Assembly (NCBI GenBank): GCA_030054275.1
Contig: JASGCF010000001.1
Location: forward strand, 1 to 38,525
DNA length: 38,525 nt
Reading direction: 5' to 3'
Origin: Limnohabitans sp.
GTDB taxonomy: Bacteria > Planctomycetota > Phycisphaerae > Phycisphaerales > SM1A02
Shown: piece by piece, positions 7,968 through 15,549 of the stretch
How the letters are laid out: every line of letters starts with the position of its first letter
How positions within the stretch are numbered: the first letter of the stretch is position 1
Made by a program: the position numbers and the translations under genes
Notes under the pieces: generated by a model
Databases searched by the model: none
The model's input: only the letters and a program-made list of their open reading frames with translations
What the model was told of the DNA's origin: nothing

Positions 7968-8657
7968 CTACGCGCAGTCCAACACATCTTCCATTTCGTA
8001 GAGCCCGGGCGCTCTGCCGGCCAACCATTTGGCTGCGCGAAGGGCGCCGGCTGCGAATAAATCGCGTGAAACAGCCTGATGCATGATGTGCAGCCGCTCA
8101 CTTGGGCCGGCAAATCGCACCTCGTGTTCGCCCACAGTGTCACCCGCGCGGATGGCATGAATCTGATCGGGCGCGATCTTCATTCCGCCTTCGCCAAGGC
8201 TCTTTGCAAGCGCGAGCGCCGTTCCCGATGGTGCGTCTTTCTTGCGATTGTGATGGCTTTCGACGATGTCGACCTGCCATGCCGCAGCGCCCAAGAGGCG
8301 TGCAGCCGTCTTCGTGAGGTGCCGAGCCACGGCAACACCAAGCGATGTATTCGGTGCAACAAGCACTGCGTTGGTGGTTGCGAGGCCACGAAGTCCGGTC
8401 AGGATGTCGTCAGAGAGACCCGTCGTACCAACCAAGAGCGCCGCATGCGTTGCTTTCGCAAGTTCGATGGAGGCTCGCGCGCCCTCGACGGTCGAGAAAT
8501 CGACGATCACTTGTGCAGCATGTGCCAAGCCAGTTTGTGCCGCATTTTCTCGATGAAAACGCGCAACAACCTCTACATCAGGGTCGACGCCTGCCAGCGC
8601 ATCAATGCGTGTCCCCATGCGTCCGCCAGCCCCGACAAGTGCAATTCGTACCGCCAT
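7968..8657 (-). CDS. dapB: 4-hydroxy-tetrahydrodipicolinate reductase
   Basis: VRIALVGAGGRMG dinucleotide fold and the ESHHNRKKDAPSGTA signature, then RAGDTVGEHEV. ATG at 8657 is preferred over the track TTG at 8663. Confidence 0.9.
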   Translation of the reverse strand: MAVRIALVGAGGRMGTRIDALAGVDPDVEVVARFHRENAAQTGLAHAAQVIVDFSTVEGARASIELAKATHAALLVGTTGLSDDILTGLRGLATTNAVLVAPNTSLGVAVARHLTKTAARLLGAAAWQVDIVESHHNRKKDAPSGTALALAKSLGEGGMKIAPDQIHAIRAGDTVGEHEVRFAGPSERLHIMHQAVSRDLFAAGALRAAKWLAGRAPGLYEMEDVLDCA

Positions 8658-8793
8658 GATCAATCCTCAACGCGTTGTCGCAATCCACTTCAGACATCGC
8701 CATCATCGCGCAGCGCACGACATTTCATCTCAGTCGCAAAGCCAACGACAGGTCGAAAGAAAATTCCCTGATGTAGTTTTCTCTGCAGCCACT

Positions 8794-8821
8794 TTCACAA
8801 TGTGGCCGATGTGTGTATAAC
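8794..8821 (+). promoter_or_regulatory. Sigma-70-like promoter candidate for the small Lys/Ala-rich gene
   Basis: TTCACA, a 16-nt spacer, then TATAAC, about 80 nt upstream of ATG 8902. Confidence 0.35.
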
Positions 8822-8901
8822 TCTCTGTGGGTCCAGCTCAGTTACGCCGGCTGGCGCCTCACTCCGACACCAAGAGCGTAACCAACGCAAGGGAGCCAAC
8901 A

Positions 8902-8997
8902 ATGGCTGCAAAGAAGAAGGCCGCAAAGAAGGCCGCGAAGAAGGTTGCTAAGAAGGCCGCGAAGAAGACCGCCAAGAAGGCCGGCAAGAAGAAGTAA
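8902..8997 (+). CDS. 31-aa lysine/alanine repeat mini-protein (histone-H1-tail-like, AKKA repeats)
   Basis: ATG GCT GCA AAG AAG AAG .. TAA translates to MAAKKKAAKKAAKKVAKKAAKKTAKKAGKKK. GGGAG SD sits 6 nt upstream and a strong intrinsic terminator lies 70 nt downstream. It is below the 60-aa cutoff of the ORF track. Confidence 0.6.
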   Translation: MAAKKKAAKKAAKKVAKKAAKKTAKKAGKKK

Positions 8998-9066
8998 GTT
9001 GAAGAAGTGATTCTTTGACTTGCTCGCGGCCCGATGCAACCCATCGGACCGAATGAACAGATGCTT

Positions 9067-9100
9067 GGAGGCCGCCGATGGGCGGCCTCCGGCATTTTTC
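9067..9100 (+). terminator. Rho-independent terminator
   Basis: GGAGGCCGCC-GATG-GGCGGCCTCC (10-bp perfect stem) followed by GGCATTTTTC. Confidence 0.8.
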
Positions 9101-9542
9101 GATTCCCACACTGCGGCGCGCGAAAGCGCACATGCATCGCGCTCCTCACGCATATGCATATTTTCCCGTCTTTCCTGCGGTTTTCTGTTCTCGTGATTGC
9201 TGCGCAAGCATGTGCATGAACAAGCACGAACAAGCATGAACGCGCAGTGCCGCGCAGCGTTCGCTATCATCGCCTTCGCACAGAGCAAACTCGTTTCTCA
9301 AGAACGAATGCTCTGCGCATCGGATGCACTCTTCAAGCATCGCAGTCCGTGCAATCATCGCGTGCGATCAATCTGATGGATGTGGGATCGTGAGGTTAAT
9401 GATGCAGTGCAGCGGACGAAGCGTGCGACCCGATCATGTCTTGTCTTCACGCAGCGCGCGAACCATGCTGACCTTGTTTTGATCTCAGCCTGATCTCTCG
9501 CTCGTCTCCAGAAAGTTCTCGCGTTACGGAGTTCTTCCCGTC

Positions 9543-9803
9543 ATGGCACATGTCATCACTGAACCTTGCATCGGAACCAAGGACACGGCCTGCGTCGAGG
9601 TCTGCCCGGTGGACTGCATTCACCCGACCAAGAAGGAGGGCGACTACGGAGACGCCCAACAGCTGTACATCGATCCAGACACCTGTATCGACTGCGGTTT
9701 GTGCGTCGATGAGTGCCCGGTGCAGGCGATCTTCCCCCAAGACGATGTCCCAGCCGAGTGGAAGAAGTACATCCAGATCAACATCGACCACTTCAAGAAG
9801 TGA
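9543..9803 (+). CDS. fdxA: Ferredoxin, 7Fe type (3Fe-4S plus 4Fe-4S)
   Basis: MAHVITEPCIGTKDTACVEVCPVDCI and DPDTCIDCGLCVDECPVQAI cysteine clusters; 86 aa. Confidence 0.9.
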   Translation: MAHVITEPCIGTKDTACVEVCPVDCIHPTKKEGDYGDAQQLYIDPDTCIDCGLCVDECPVQAIFPQDDVPAEWKKYIQINIDHFKK

Positions 9804-9883
9804 GTTGTTGATCTGCGACTCCCAATCCACGGGTCGTTCGTGAGGCGGTTCGCTGGTTGGAGACTCCCAGCCCGTCGGCACGG

Positions 9884-10558
9884 TCACTCCCAATCCACCC
9901 CATTGACCTCTGCATAAAGGGCCCGCGAGGCCTCGTCGCTGGCCGATTCGGGCACGCGTGCGCGAATCACGCCGCGCGCGGGGTTGTACCAGAACATCGC
10001 GCCCCGCCCCCCACGAAAGGTAGGGACGCGGGGGTGGTCGCGGGAGAGTTCGCCGGGCAGGGCGTACTCAATCCACGGGGCGCGCGCATTGGAAAGCCAA
10101 TTGATGGGTGTGTTCGGGGTCGTATTCGGGGTCGCATTCAGGGTCGCATTCAGGGTCGAAGTGAAGAGCGATTTGTCCGGTTGCTCGGTGAGGGAGTTGG
10201 TGGCGTTGTCGAACGGCTGATCGGCTGATGGAAGCGCGGGCATGTCATCATGCGCTGCATCAACTGCTCCATCAACTGCTCCATCAACTGCTCCATCAAC
10301 TGCTCCATCGAGCGCTTCATCAAGTGCTGCGAACCATCCGCGCTCGATGCGTATGGGGTGTCCCTGCGCGTTGAGTTCGGTGGTTCCGAGGCTCTCGCGC
10401 ATGCCAATTTCGCACGACAACCGAGCAAGCGCCGCCTGGGTTGCAGCAATCGCGGTCGCCCGTGACAGTCCCTCGCGATGTGCGGCAAGCGCGACACCGA
10501 GGGCACCGATTGCGGTCACAACCACGGCGCAATCGATCGCTCCTCGCAAGAAACGCAT
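9884..10558 (-). CDS. Hypothetical membrane-anchored protein carrying two in-frame tandem-repeat arrays
   Basis: ATG at 10558 (MRFLRGAIDCAVVVTAIGALGVALAA, N-terminal TM). It contains GAVDGAVDGAVDGAVD and LNATLNATPNTTPNT. The upstream part of the 383-aa track ORF is antisense to the M16 gene. Confidence 0.5.
   Translation of the reverse strand: MRFLRGAIDCAVVVTAIGALGVALAAHREGLSRATAIAATQAALARLSCEIGMRESLGTTELNAQGHPIRIERGWFAALDEALDGAVDGAVDGAVDGAVDAAHDDMPALPSADQPFDNATNSLTEQPDKSLFTSTLNATLNATPNTTPNTPINWLSNARAPWIEYALPGELSRDHPRVPTFRGGRGAMFWYNPARGVIRARVPESASDEASRALYAEVNGVDWE
10113..10160. repeat. Imperfect 12-bp tandem repeat x4 (TTC[G/A]GGGTCG[T/C/A]A)
   Basis: Direct reading. It encodes the (L/P)N(A/T)T repeats of the minus-strand protein. 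Confidence 0.85.
10258..10305. repeat. Perfect 12-bp tandem repeat x4 (CATCAACTGCTC)
   Basis: Direct reading. It encodes (GAVD)x4 on the minus strand. Confidence 0.95.
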
Positions 10559-10766
10559 GCGTTCTCCCGATTCTCGCCCCCGCGACCACAACGATGGAGA
10601 CGCGGGATCTTCCGCGCCGGACCCAAGAGGATCGGCCTTCGCACGCAACGACTTTCGCGGGTGCGCGCAGAAACCTCTCGAACCCGCCTGCGCGGTGCCA
10701 GTTCTCTCGTTTGCAACAGTTGAAAGGTTTCGGCCGGATGTGTTGAGGGCTGTTAGCATCGCCGTG

Positions 10767-12044
10767 ATGTCCAATCGTTCTCTCCCAAAGGCCAATCCCA
10801 TCCATGTCCGCATGCTTGAGTGCGGAATGCCGCTTCTTGTCGAGGAAATGGCTGGCGTGCGAACAGCGGCGGTGAGTTGGTTGGTACCAGCTGGGAACGC
10901 GACCGATCCGTGCGATGAAGCAGGTGACGGTTGGTCGAGTTTGCTTGCGGAATTGGCGCAGCGCGGTGCGGGCGAACGCAACAGTCGCGAGTACTCCGAC
11001 GCGCTTGACCGAGCTGGCGTGCAGCGCGCTGTCACGCCATCCGCCGTTCACATCGTGGTGTCTGCAACAACGATCGGCGCACGCATCCATGAGGCGCTGC
11101 CGCTCCTATCGGATCTCATCGTGCGACCTCACTTGCCGAGCGAAGCGCTCGATGCGGTGCGAAGTTTGGCCATTCAATCGCTTGAGAGTTTGCAAGACGA
11201 TCCGCAGCACCGTGTATCACTGCGGCTGCGCGAGCGACATCTTCCTCCGCCGTTCAATCGCACTGGATACGGAAATCGCGTGGCGTTTGAGCAAGCGTCG
11301 ATCGACGCGCTGCGTGACGATTGGCGTCGACGCGTGCGGCCTGTCGGGTCGATTCTTGCTGTCGCGGGCGCTGTGAACGCAGATGATTTGGCTCGTTCAC
11401 TGGATCGACTGCTCCGCGATTGGCACGGTGTCGCCGAGGATGTACGCGCAACCGGACCGTCGATTGGCGGAGCACTGCACGAAGAAGATGCATCGAACCA
11501 AACGCACATCGCGATCGGTTTGGACGCTCCCAATGAGCGCGATCCAGACTCGCTCTTGTGCCGCTTGGCGACGATCATCCTTGGCGGCGAAAGTTCGAGT
11601 CGTCTCTTCACAGAAGTTCGTGAGCGACGCGGTCTTTGTTACGCGGTCAACGCTGGCTATGCGGGTGGCCGTGATCGCGGCATGGTTGCGCTGTACGCAG
11701 GAAGCACCCCTGACCGTGCACAGGAAACCCTCGACACGATGCGCGCCGAACTCGAGCGGTTCGAGCATGGCGTGACACCCGATGAGTTCCGCCGCGCCAT
11801 TGTGGGCATGAAGAGCCGACTGGTGATGCAGGGCGAGAGCACTGCGGCGCGTTCTGCGGCTCTCAGCAGCGACTGGTACCGCCTCGGTCGCGCGCGCTCA
11901 TTGGGTGAACTCTCGGCCGAAGTGGACGCAGTTTCGCTTGATGCGCTGAACGGGTGGATTTCGAAGGGTATGACTGGCGCGTGGCGCGCTCGCCGCACGC
12001 TGTGCACCGTCGGACAGCGCCCGCTTGAGATTGCGGGATTTTGA
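10767..12044 (+). CDS. M16 (insulinase/pitrilysin) family protein, probably non-catalytic
   Basis: ATG at 10767 (MSNRSLPKANPIHVRMLECGMPLLVEE..). M16 fold signatures are present (AAVSWLVPAGNATD, RLFTEVRERRGLCYAV). The position of the HxxEH zinc motif reads SSLLAEL, so the catalytic His/Glu residues are absent. Confidence 0.8.
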   Translation: MSNRSLPKANPIHVRMLECGMPLLVEEMAGVRTAAVSWLVPAGNATDPCDEAGDGWSSLLAELAQRGAGERNSREYSDALDRAGVQRAVTPSAVHIVVSATTIGARIHEALPLLSDLIVRPHLPSEALDAVRSLAIQSLESLQDDPQHRVSLRLRERHLPPPFNRTGYGNRVAFEQASIDALRDDWRRRVRPVGSILAVAGAVNADDLARSLDRLLRDWHGVAEDVRATGPSIGGALHEEDASNQTHIAIGLDAPNERDPDSLLCRLATIILGGESSSRLFTEVRERRGLCYAVNAGYAGGRDRGMVALYAGSTPDRAQETLDTMRAELERFEHGVTPDEFRRAIVGMKSRLVMQGESTAARSAALSSDWYRLGRARSLGELSAEVDAVSLDALNGWISKGMTGAWRARRTLCTVGQRPLEIAGF

Positions 12045-12141
12045 ACTGGTAAGCGTTCGAGCGGCGATCACTCGGATCGACCGCGTTGTGCGTTGCTGCG
12101 AGGCAGCCGCATAGAGGTTTTGCGCCTCAGATCACCTCGAG

Positions 12142-12177
12142 CACTTAGATCACTTAGATCACTTAGATCACTTCAAG
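12142..12177. repeat. 9-bp tandem repeat CACTTAGAT x3 plus one degenerate copy, spanning the stop of the minus-strand gene
   Basis: Direct reading. The minus strand reads GTG CTT GAA GTG ATC TAA GTG ATC TAA GTG ATC TAA GTG CTC GAG GTG ATC TGA. Confidence 0.95.
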
Positions 12178-12447
12178 CACGCTGTAGCGGTCGAGATTGA
12201 GGGTCACGAGTTCGCCGTCGTCTTTGCGGATTTCGAGGCGGTCAAGCCACAACTTGTCCGCCTTTGCGTGGGCGAACCATGAACCCGTCTTCGCTTGGCG
12301 GAAGCGGCACACAACTCCCTCAACCGATGTCGTCCACACCGTGTGGGTTTGCGGCAACTGTTGGGTCACGCGAACGCGGGCACCCGGCGCGAGCGACACA
12401 ACTTCAAGTGAGTTCGACGAACGATCGAGTGCTGCTGGGTCGGACAT
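12163..12447 (-). CDS. Hypothetical small protein (94 aa)
   Basis: ATG at 12447 (MSDPAALDRSS..RYSVLEVI). A TATACT element lies upstream on the minus strand. No family recognised. Confidence 0.45.
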   Translation of the reverse strand: MSDPAALDRSSNSLEVVSLAPGARVRVTQQLPQTHTVWTTSVEGVVCRFRQAKTGSWFAHAKADKLWLDRLEIRKDDGELVTLNLDRYSVLEVI

Positions 12448-12612
12448 GGGGCTGAGTATACGGGTACGGCGTTCACGACACGCGGCGCGGAGTGCGCACC
12501 AAAAGGTCATCCTCGCCAAGATGACCCTCGCCGAGTTGACCTTCGCTTGAATACGAAGGATCCCAAATGGGTGGATCCCGAATGGGTGTCAGTATTGAAA
12601 CAATCGGGTGTC

Positions 12613-13419
12613 TTATCCGCCGATGCGCGCAGGAGTTGCAGCGTGGAAGCGGGCAACATCGAACGCTTCGAGGGTGACCTTCACATCCACAGTGTTGCCG
12701 CCGCGCAGCACAAGGAAGTCGATGGTGTCGCCCGCCTTCTTCGAACGAAGCACCTTCCGCACATGCGAAGGGCTCGCGTCTTCACTGTTGTCGACCTTGA
12801 TGATGATGTCGTGATCTCGCAGGCCACCCGCGTGTCCGTTCAGTTCTTCCGCGACATCTTCGAGGACAGACACCTTCCGCGGCGACAGATTGAGGTGCGT
12901 TGCGAGCACTGGGTCCAACTCGCGCATCCGCACACCCAGCATCACCGGTGGCGGGGTGGGCACGACGGGTGCTGGGCCCTGTTGGGGGGAGTGATTGAAA
13001 CCTGAATTGAAAGTTGGATTGGGCGGAATCACGGGCTGGAACCCCATCGGCGGTTGTGGGCCGCGGCCGTCCATGCGGTACACGCTGCGGGTGATGCGCC
13101 GCTCGCGCCGTTCTGCATGATCCCCATCACCGCCGTCATGATCATCACCATCCTCGGTCCCAGCATCGTTTTCTTCAACGATCACAACCACCATCTGATC
13201 GTCTTCCATGTCGCCAGACCCTTCGATTCGCTCATCGATCATCGACCACTGGGCCGGCGTCTTCGAAGACTTGGTCCGAGCGTCAATACCCTTCTTGGTC
13301 GATGTTGGACGGCCAGATTCTGTGGTTTCGCAGCCCAGCGTGGACAGCGCAGCGGCCATCAACAAAGTGACTGCGATGGGGGATACGGCACGACGAACAG
13401 TGATCACGAGCGGTTCCAT
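12613..13419 (-). CDS. Secreted or possibly lipid-anchored PDZ-domain protein
   Basis: Signal peptide with Cys (AVTLLMAAALSTLGC), an acidic low-complexity region (EENDAGTEDGDDHDGGDGDH), and a C-terminal PDZ-like domain (GVRMRELDPVLATHLNL..GGLRDHDIIIKVDN..GDTIDFLVLRGG). Confidence 0.7.
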   Translation of the reverse strand: MEPLVITVRRAVSPIAVTLLMAAALSTLGCETTESGRPTSTKKGIDARTKSSKTPAQWSMIDERIEGSGDMEDDQMVVVIVEENDAGTEDGDDHDGGDGDHAERRERRITRSVYRMDGRGPQPPMGFQPVIPPNPTFNSGFNHSPQQGPAPVVPTPPPVMLGVRMRELDPVLATHLNLSPRKVSVLEDVAEELNGHAGGLRDHDIIIKVDNSEDASPSHVRKVLRSKKAGDTIDFLVLRGGNTVDVKVTLEAFDVARFHAATPARIGG

Positions 13420-13604
13420 AGGAGGTCACATCGGCTTTCGGCGAAGTGAGGCTGCAAAACCTGCCGCGGCCGCGACGCCAAAGACCTTCGTGAGAACCGA
13501 CGCGTTCCGAAATCGACGCGTTCTACATTTGACGCGCCAGAAAATGAGGCGATATGAAACCCGTACCCTGCGCAATCGACGCGTTGGCCCCCACCCATTG
13601 ATCC

Positions 13605-14171
13605 ATGCATCGCACTTGTATCTCTCTCGCCACTCTGGGTCTTGTCATGTTCGGCGGTTGCGCGCCTCGCACGACAGATCCAGTTGATCAAACTCCGATG
13701 CAGGCTTCGGAAACAACCGGACCAGGCCAAGTACCGCCGTCCGTTGTTGCACCGTTGAGCATGGTTCCTCTCACGGGACGCCCGCTTCGCCTCACGGCGA
13801 CCAAGTTGGTCTGTACGCCACTTTCGCAAACAACCTCAACGCAAGCAGCTGTGGGCGGCGGATCGCCAAAGTGCGTTGATGTGCGCATCGAAGCACTTGA
13901 CGCGGCGGGCAATGCTGCGCGCCTCGCGGGGGAACTCCGCATCCTGTTGCGCTGTGCAGATTGTGATCCGGAATACAGCGCTTTCGATGTACGGCTTCTT
14001 GATTTGGCAGACGAGAAAAAGGTGTACGACGAGACGCTCGATCTGTATGTCTTCCGTGTCTTGCCGCGATTCACGCACGCACCAGAACCTGGCACCGTGA
14101 TCGAGATCACCCTCGCGTTGAACGCTCCTGACGGCACGGTGCTCGAAACACGCGGCTCGGTGCGGTGGTAG
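13605..14171 (+). CDS. Hypothetical secreted protein, possible lipoprotein
   Basis: MHRTCISLATLGLVMFGGCAPR signal with Cys. No family recognised. Confidence 0.5.
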   Translation: MHRTCISLATLGLVMFGGCAPRTTDPVDQTPMQASETTGPGQVPPSVVAPLSMVPLTGRPLRLTATKLVCTPLSQTTSTQAAVGGGSPKCVDVRIEALDAAGNAARLAGELRILLRCADCDPEYSAFDVRLLDLADEKKVYDETLDLYVFRVLPRFTHAPEPGTVIEITLALNAPDGTVLETRGSVRW

Positions 14172-14195
14172 AGAAGCGCGGCTGCACCGATCTTC

Positions 14196-15545
14196 TTAGC
14201 GAGTCGACGCATCGACTGCGCCGCGAGACCGTTCGATCTTCGTTTCGTACTTCGCCTTCATCTGGCTTTGGTGCGAATCAAGATCAATCGACCGTCCATC
14301 AATCCACGCAGCAGCAACATCGCTGGTGAGTTCAAGCGGGTGTCCGCGCGTCACAATGATGGTCGCACTTTTCAGCGGCTCGATGGTGCCGTAGCGTGAA
14401 AGCACGCCAGCCATCGCACATGGATTGGCTGTCACAGCGCGCAACGCTGCTTCGCGATCAAGTCCGAAGGCTGCGGCTGTCGCAGCGTGGTGAGGAAGAT
14501 TGCGGTCGTGTGCCGGTTCGTCGCCGGTCGTGATCGAGAACAAGATGCCTGCATCCGCAAGTTTCTTCGGCAGGCTGTACGCAGCATCGGTGGGTGCATG
14601 CCGCTGACCTGGAAGTCGATGAATGCCGCGCAGTACGACCGCGATGCGCTCGCTCTTCAAGAGAGGAATCGCACTCTCGATCCCGTCGCCGCCAACGATG
14701 ACTGCCCGAAGCCCTCGCGCTTTCGTCCAAGCAATGGCGCTTTCGATTTGCGATGCGCTGCCAACCTCGACGAAAATCGGATCGCGCCCAGAAAGCACAT
14801 CGCGCATTGCATCTGCGCGAACATCGTGTGCCACGGTGCTATCTGCAGCCCGCGCATCAAGGACAGCCTTCATCTCGTCAAAGAAACGGGCAAGTTTGTC
14901 GAGATCCTCCTTGGCGCGTCGACGCTGTTCCTCAGGCGATCGACGCGACGAAATGCTGCGTGCTGGTTCGACCATAGGCCATGTCACAACCACGCCAAAC
15001 GAACGATCGATTTCCAAGTCTTCCGGAGTCCAACCATCCAATTTGATCAGCGAAGCGCTGCCCGACACAAGTCCACCTTCTGGCACGACACCCGCAAGCA
15101 GAATGCCTGCTGCGCGCGCAACTGCAAGCAAGTCGCTGTCGGGGTTGATGGCAACGAGCGGCGCTGCCTCAGGTCGCAGTTCACCGAACTCGCGACGATC
15201 ATCGGTTGCTTCAACCTGAAGGGTTTCGACAAGCCCCATGGTTGTTGGAAACACACAGAAGCCAGGCGACACATGCATGCCTTTGGCGTCGAACACTTCG
15301 CAATTCGCTGGGAACTCTGGCAGACCACTGCCTACAGAGAGAATGCGCCCGCCGTCGAAAATCACATGACCATCCTCGATGACAGGTTGTCCTTCAGTCG
15401 CTGTGTGTACGACTGCGTGCACGATGGCGATCGGGCGCGATTGCGGAGACGCAGGCACGATGTCCGACTGCGCAATCGAACTGGTTGCACTCAGAAGCGC
15501 GCATGAGATGGCAGAAAGTGTTGGTGCAAATTGCATGGGTTTCAT
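14196..15545 (-). CDS. Amidohydrolase-fold protein lacking the HxH metal motif
   Basis: ATG at 15545 (MKPMQFAPTLSAISCALLSATSSIAQ signal), 4 nt after the stop of the upstream large amidohydrolase. The fold-typical N-terminus is IVHAVVHTATEGQPVIEDGHVIFDGGRILSVG, but the PGxIDxHxH position reads PGFCVFPTTMG. Confidence 0.8.
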   Translation of the reverse strand: MKPMQFAPTLSAISCALLSATSSIAQSDIVPASPQSRPIAIVHAVVHTATEGQPVIEDGHVIFDGGRILSVGSGLPEFPANCEVFDAKGMHVSPGFCVFPTTMGLVETLQVEATDDRREFGELRPEAAPLVAINPDSDLLAVARAAGILLAGVVPEGGLVSGSASLIKLDGWTPEDLEIDRSFGVVVTWPMVEPARSISSRRSPEEQRRRAKEDLDKLARFFDEMKAVLDARAADSTVAHDVRADAMRDVLSGRDPIFVEVGSASQIESAIAWTKARGLRAVIVGGDGIESAIPLLKSERIAVVLRGIHRLPGQRHAPTDAAYSLPKKLADAGILFSITTGDEPAHDRNLPHHAATAAAFGLDREAALRAVTANPCAMAGVLSRYGTIEPLKSATIIVTRGHPLELTSDVAAAWIDGRSIDLDSHQSQMKAKYETKIERSRGAVDASTR

Positions 15546-15549
15546 CCTC

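Noticed and set aside
8842-9288. 148-aa and 124-aa minus-strand ORFs with FFAAF-type repeats
   Set aside because: They are the antisense reading of the AAG/GCC Lys-Ala repeat gene and run through its terminator. The plus-strand mini-ORF has the SD, promoter-like element and terminator.
9146-9358. 70-aa minus-strand Cys-containing ORF in the ferredoxin upstream region
   Set aside because: It has no SD, no recognisable family and atypical composition. It overlaps the hairpin and direct repeats, so I kept the region as non-coding (see finding).
10113-10305. Short tandem repeats considered as a possible CRISPR or minisatellite locus
   Set aside because: The units are 9-15 bp, directly abutting without spacers, and in frame within coding sequence. 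There are no cas genes. The same applies to the arrays at 1189, 15615, 17231 and 17527.
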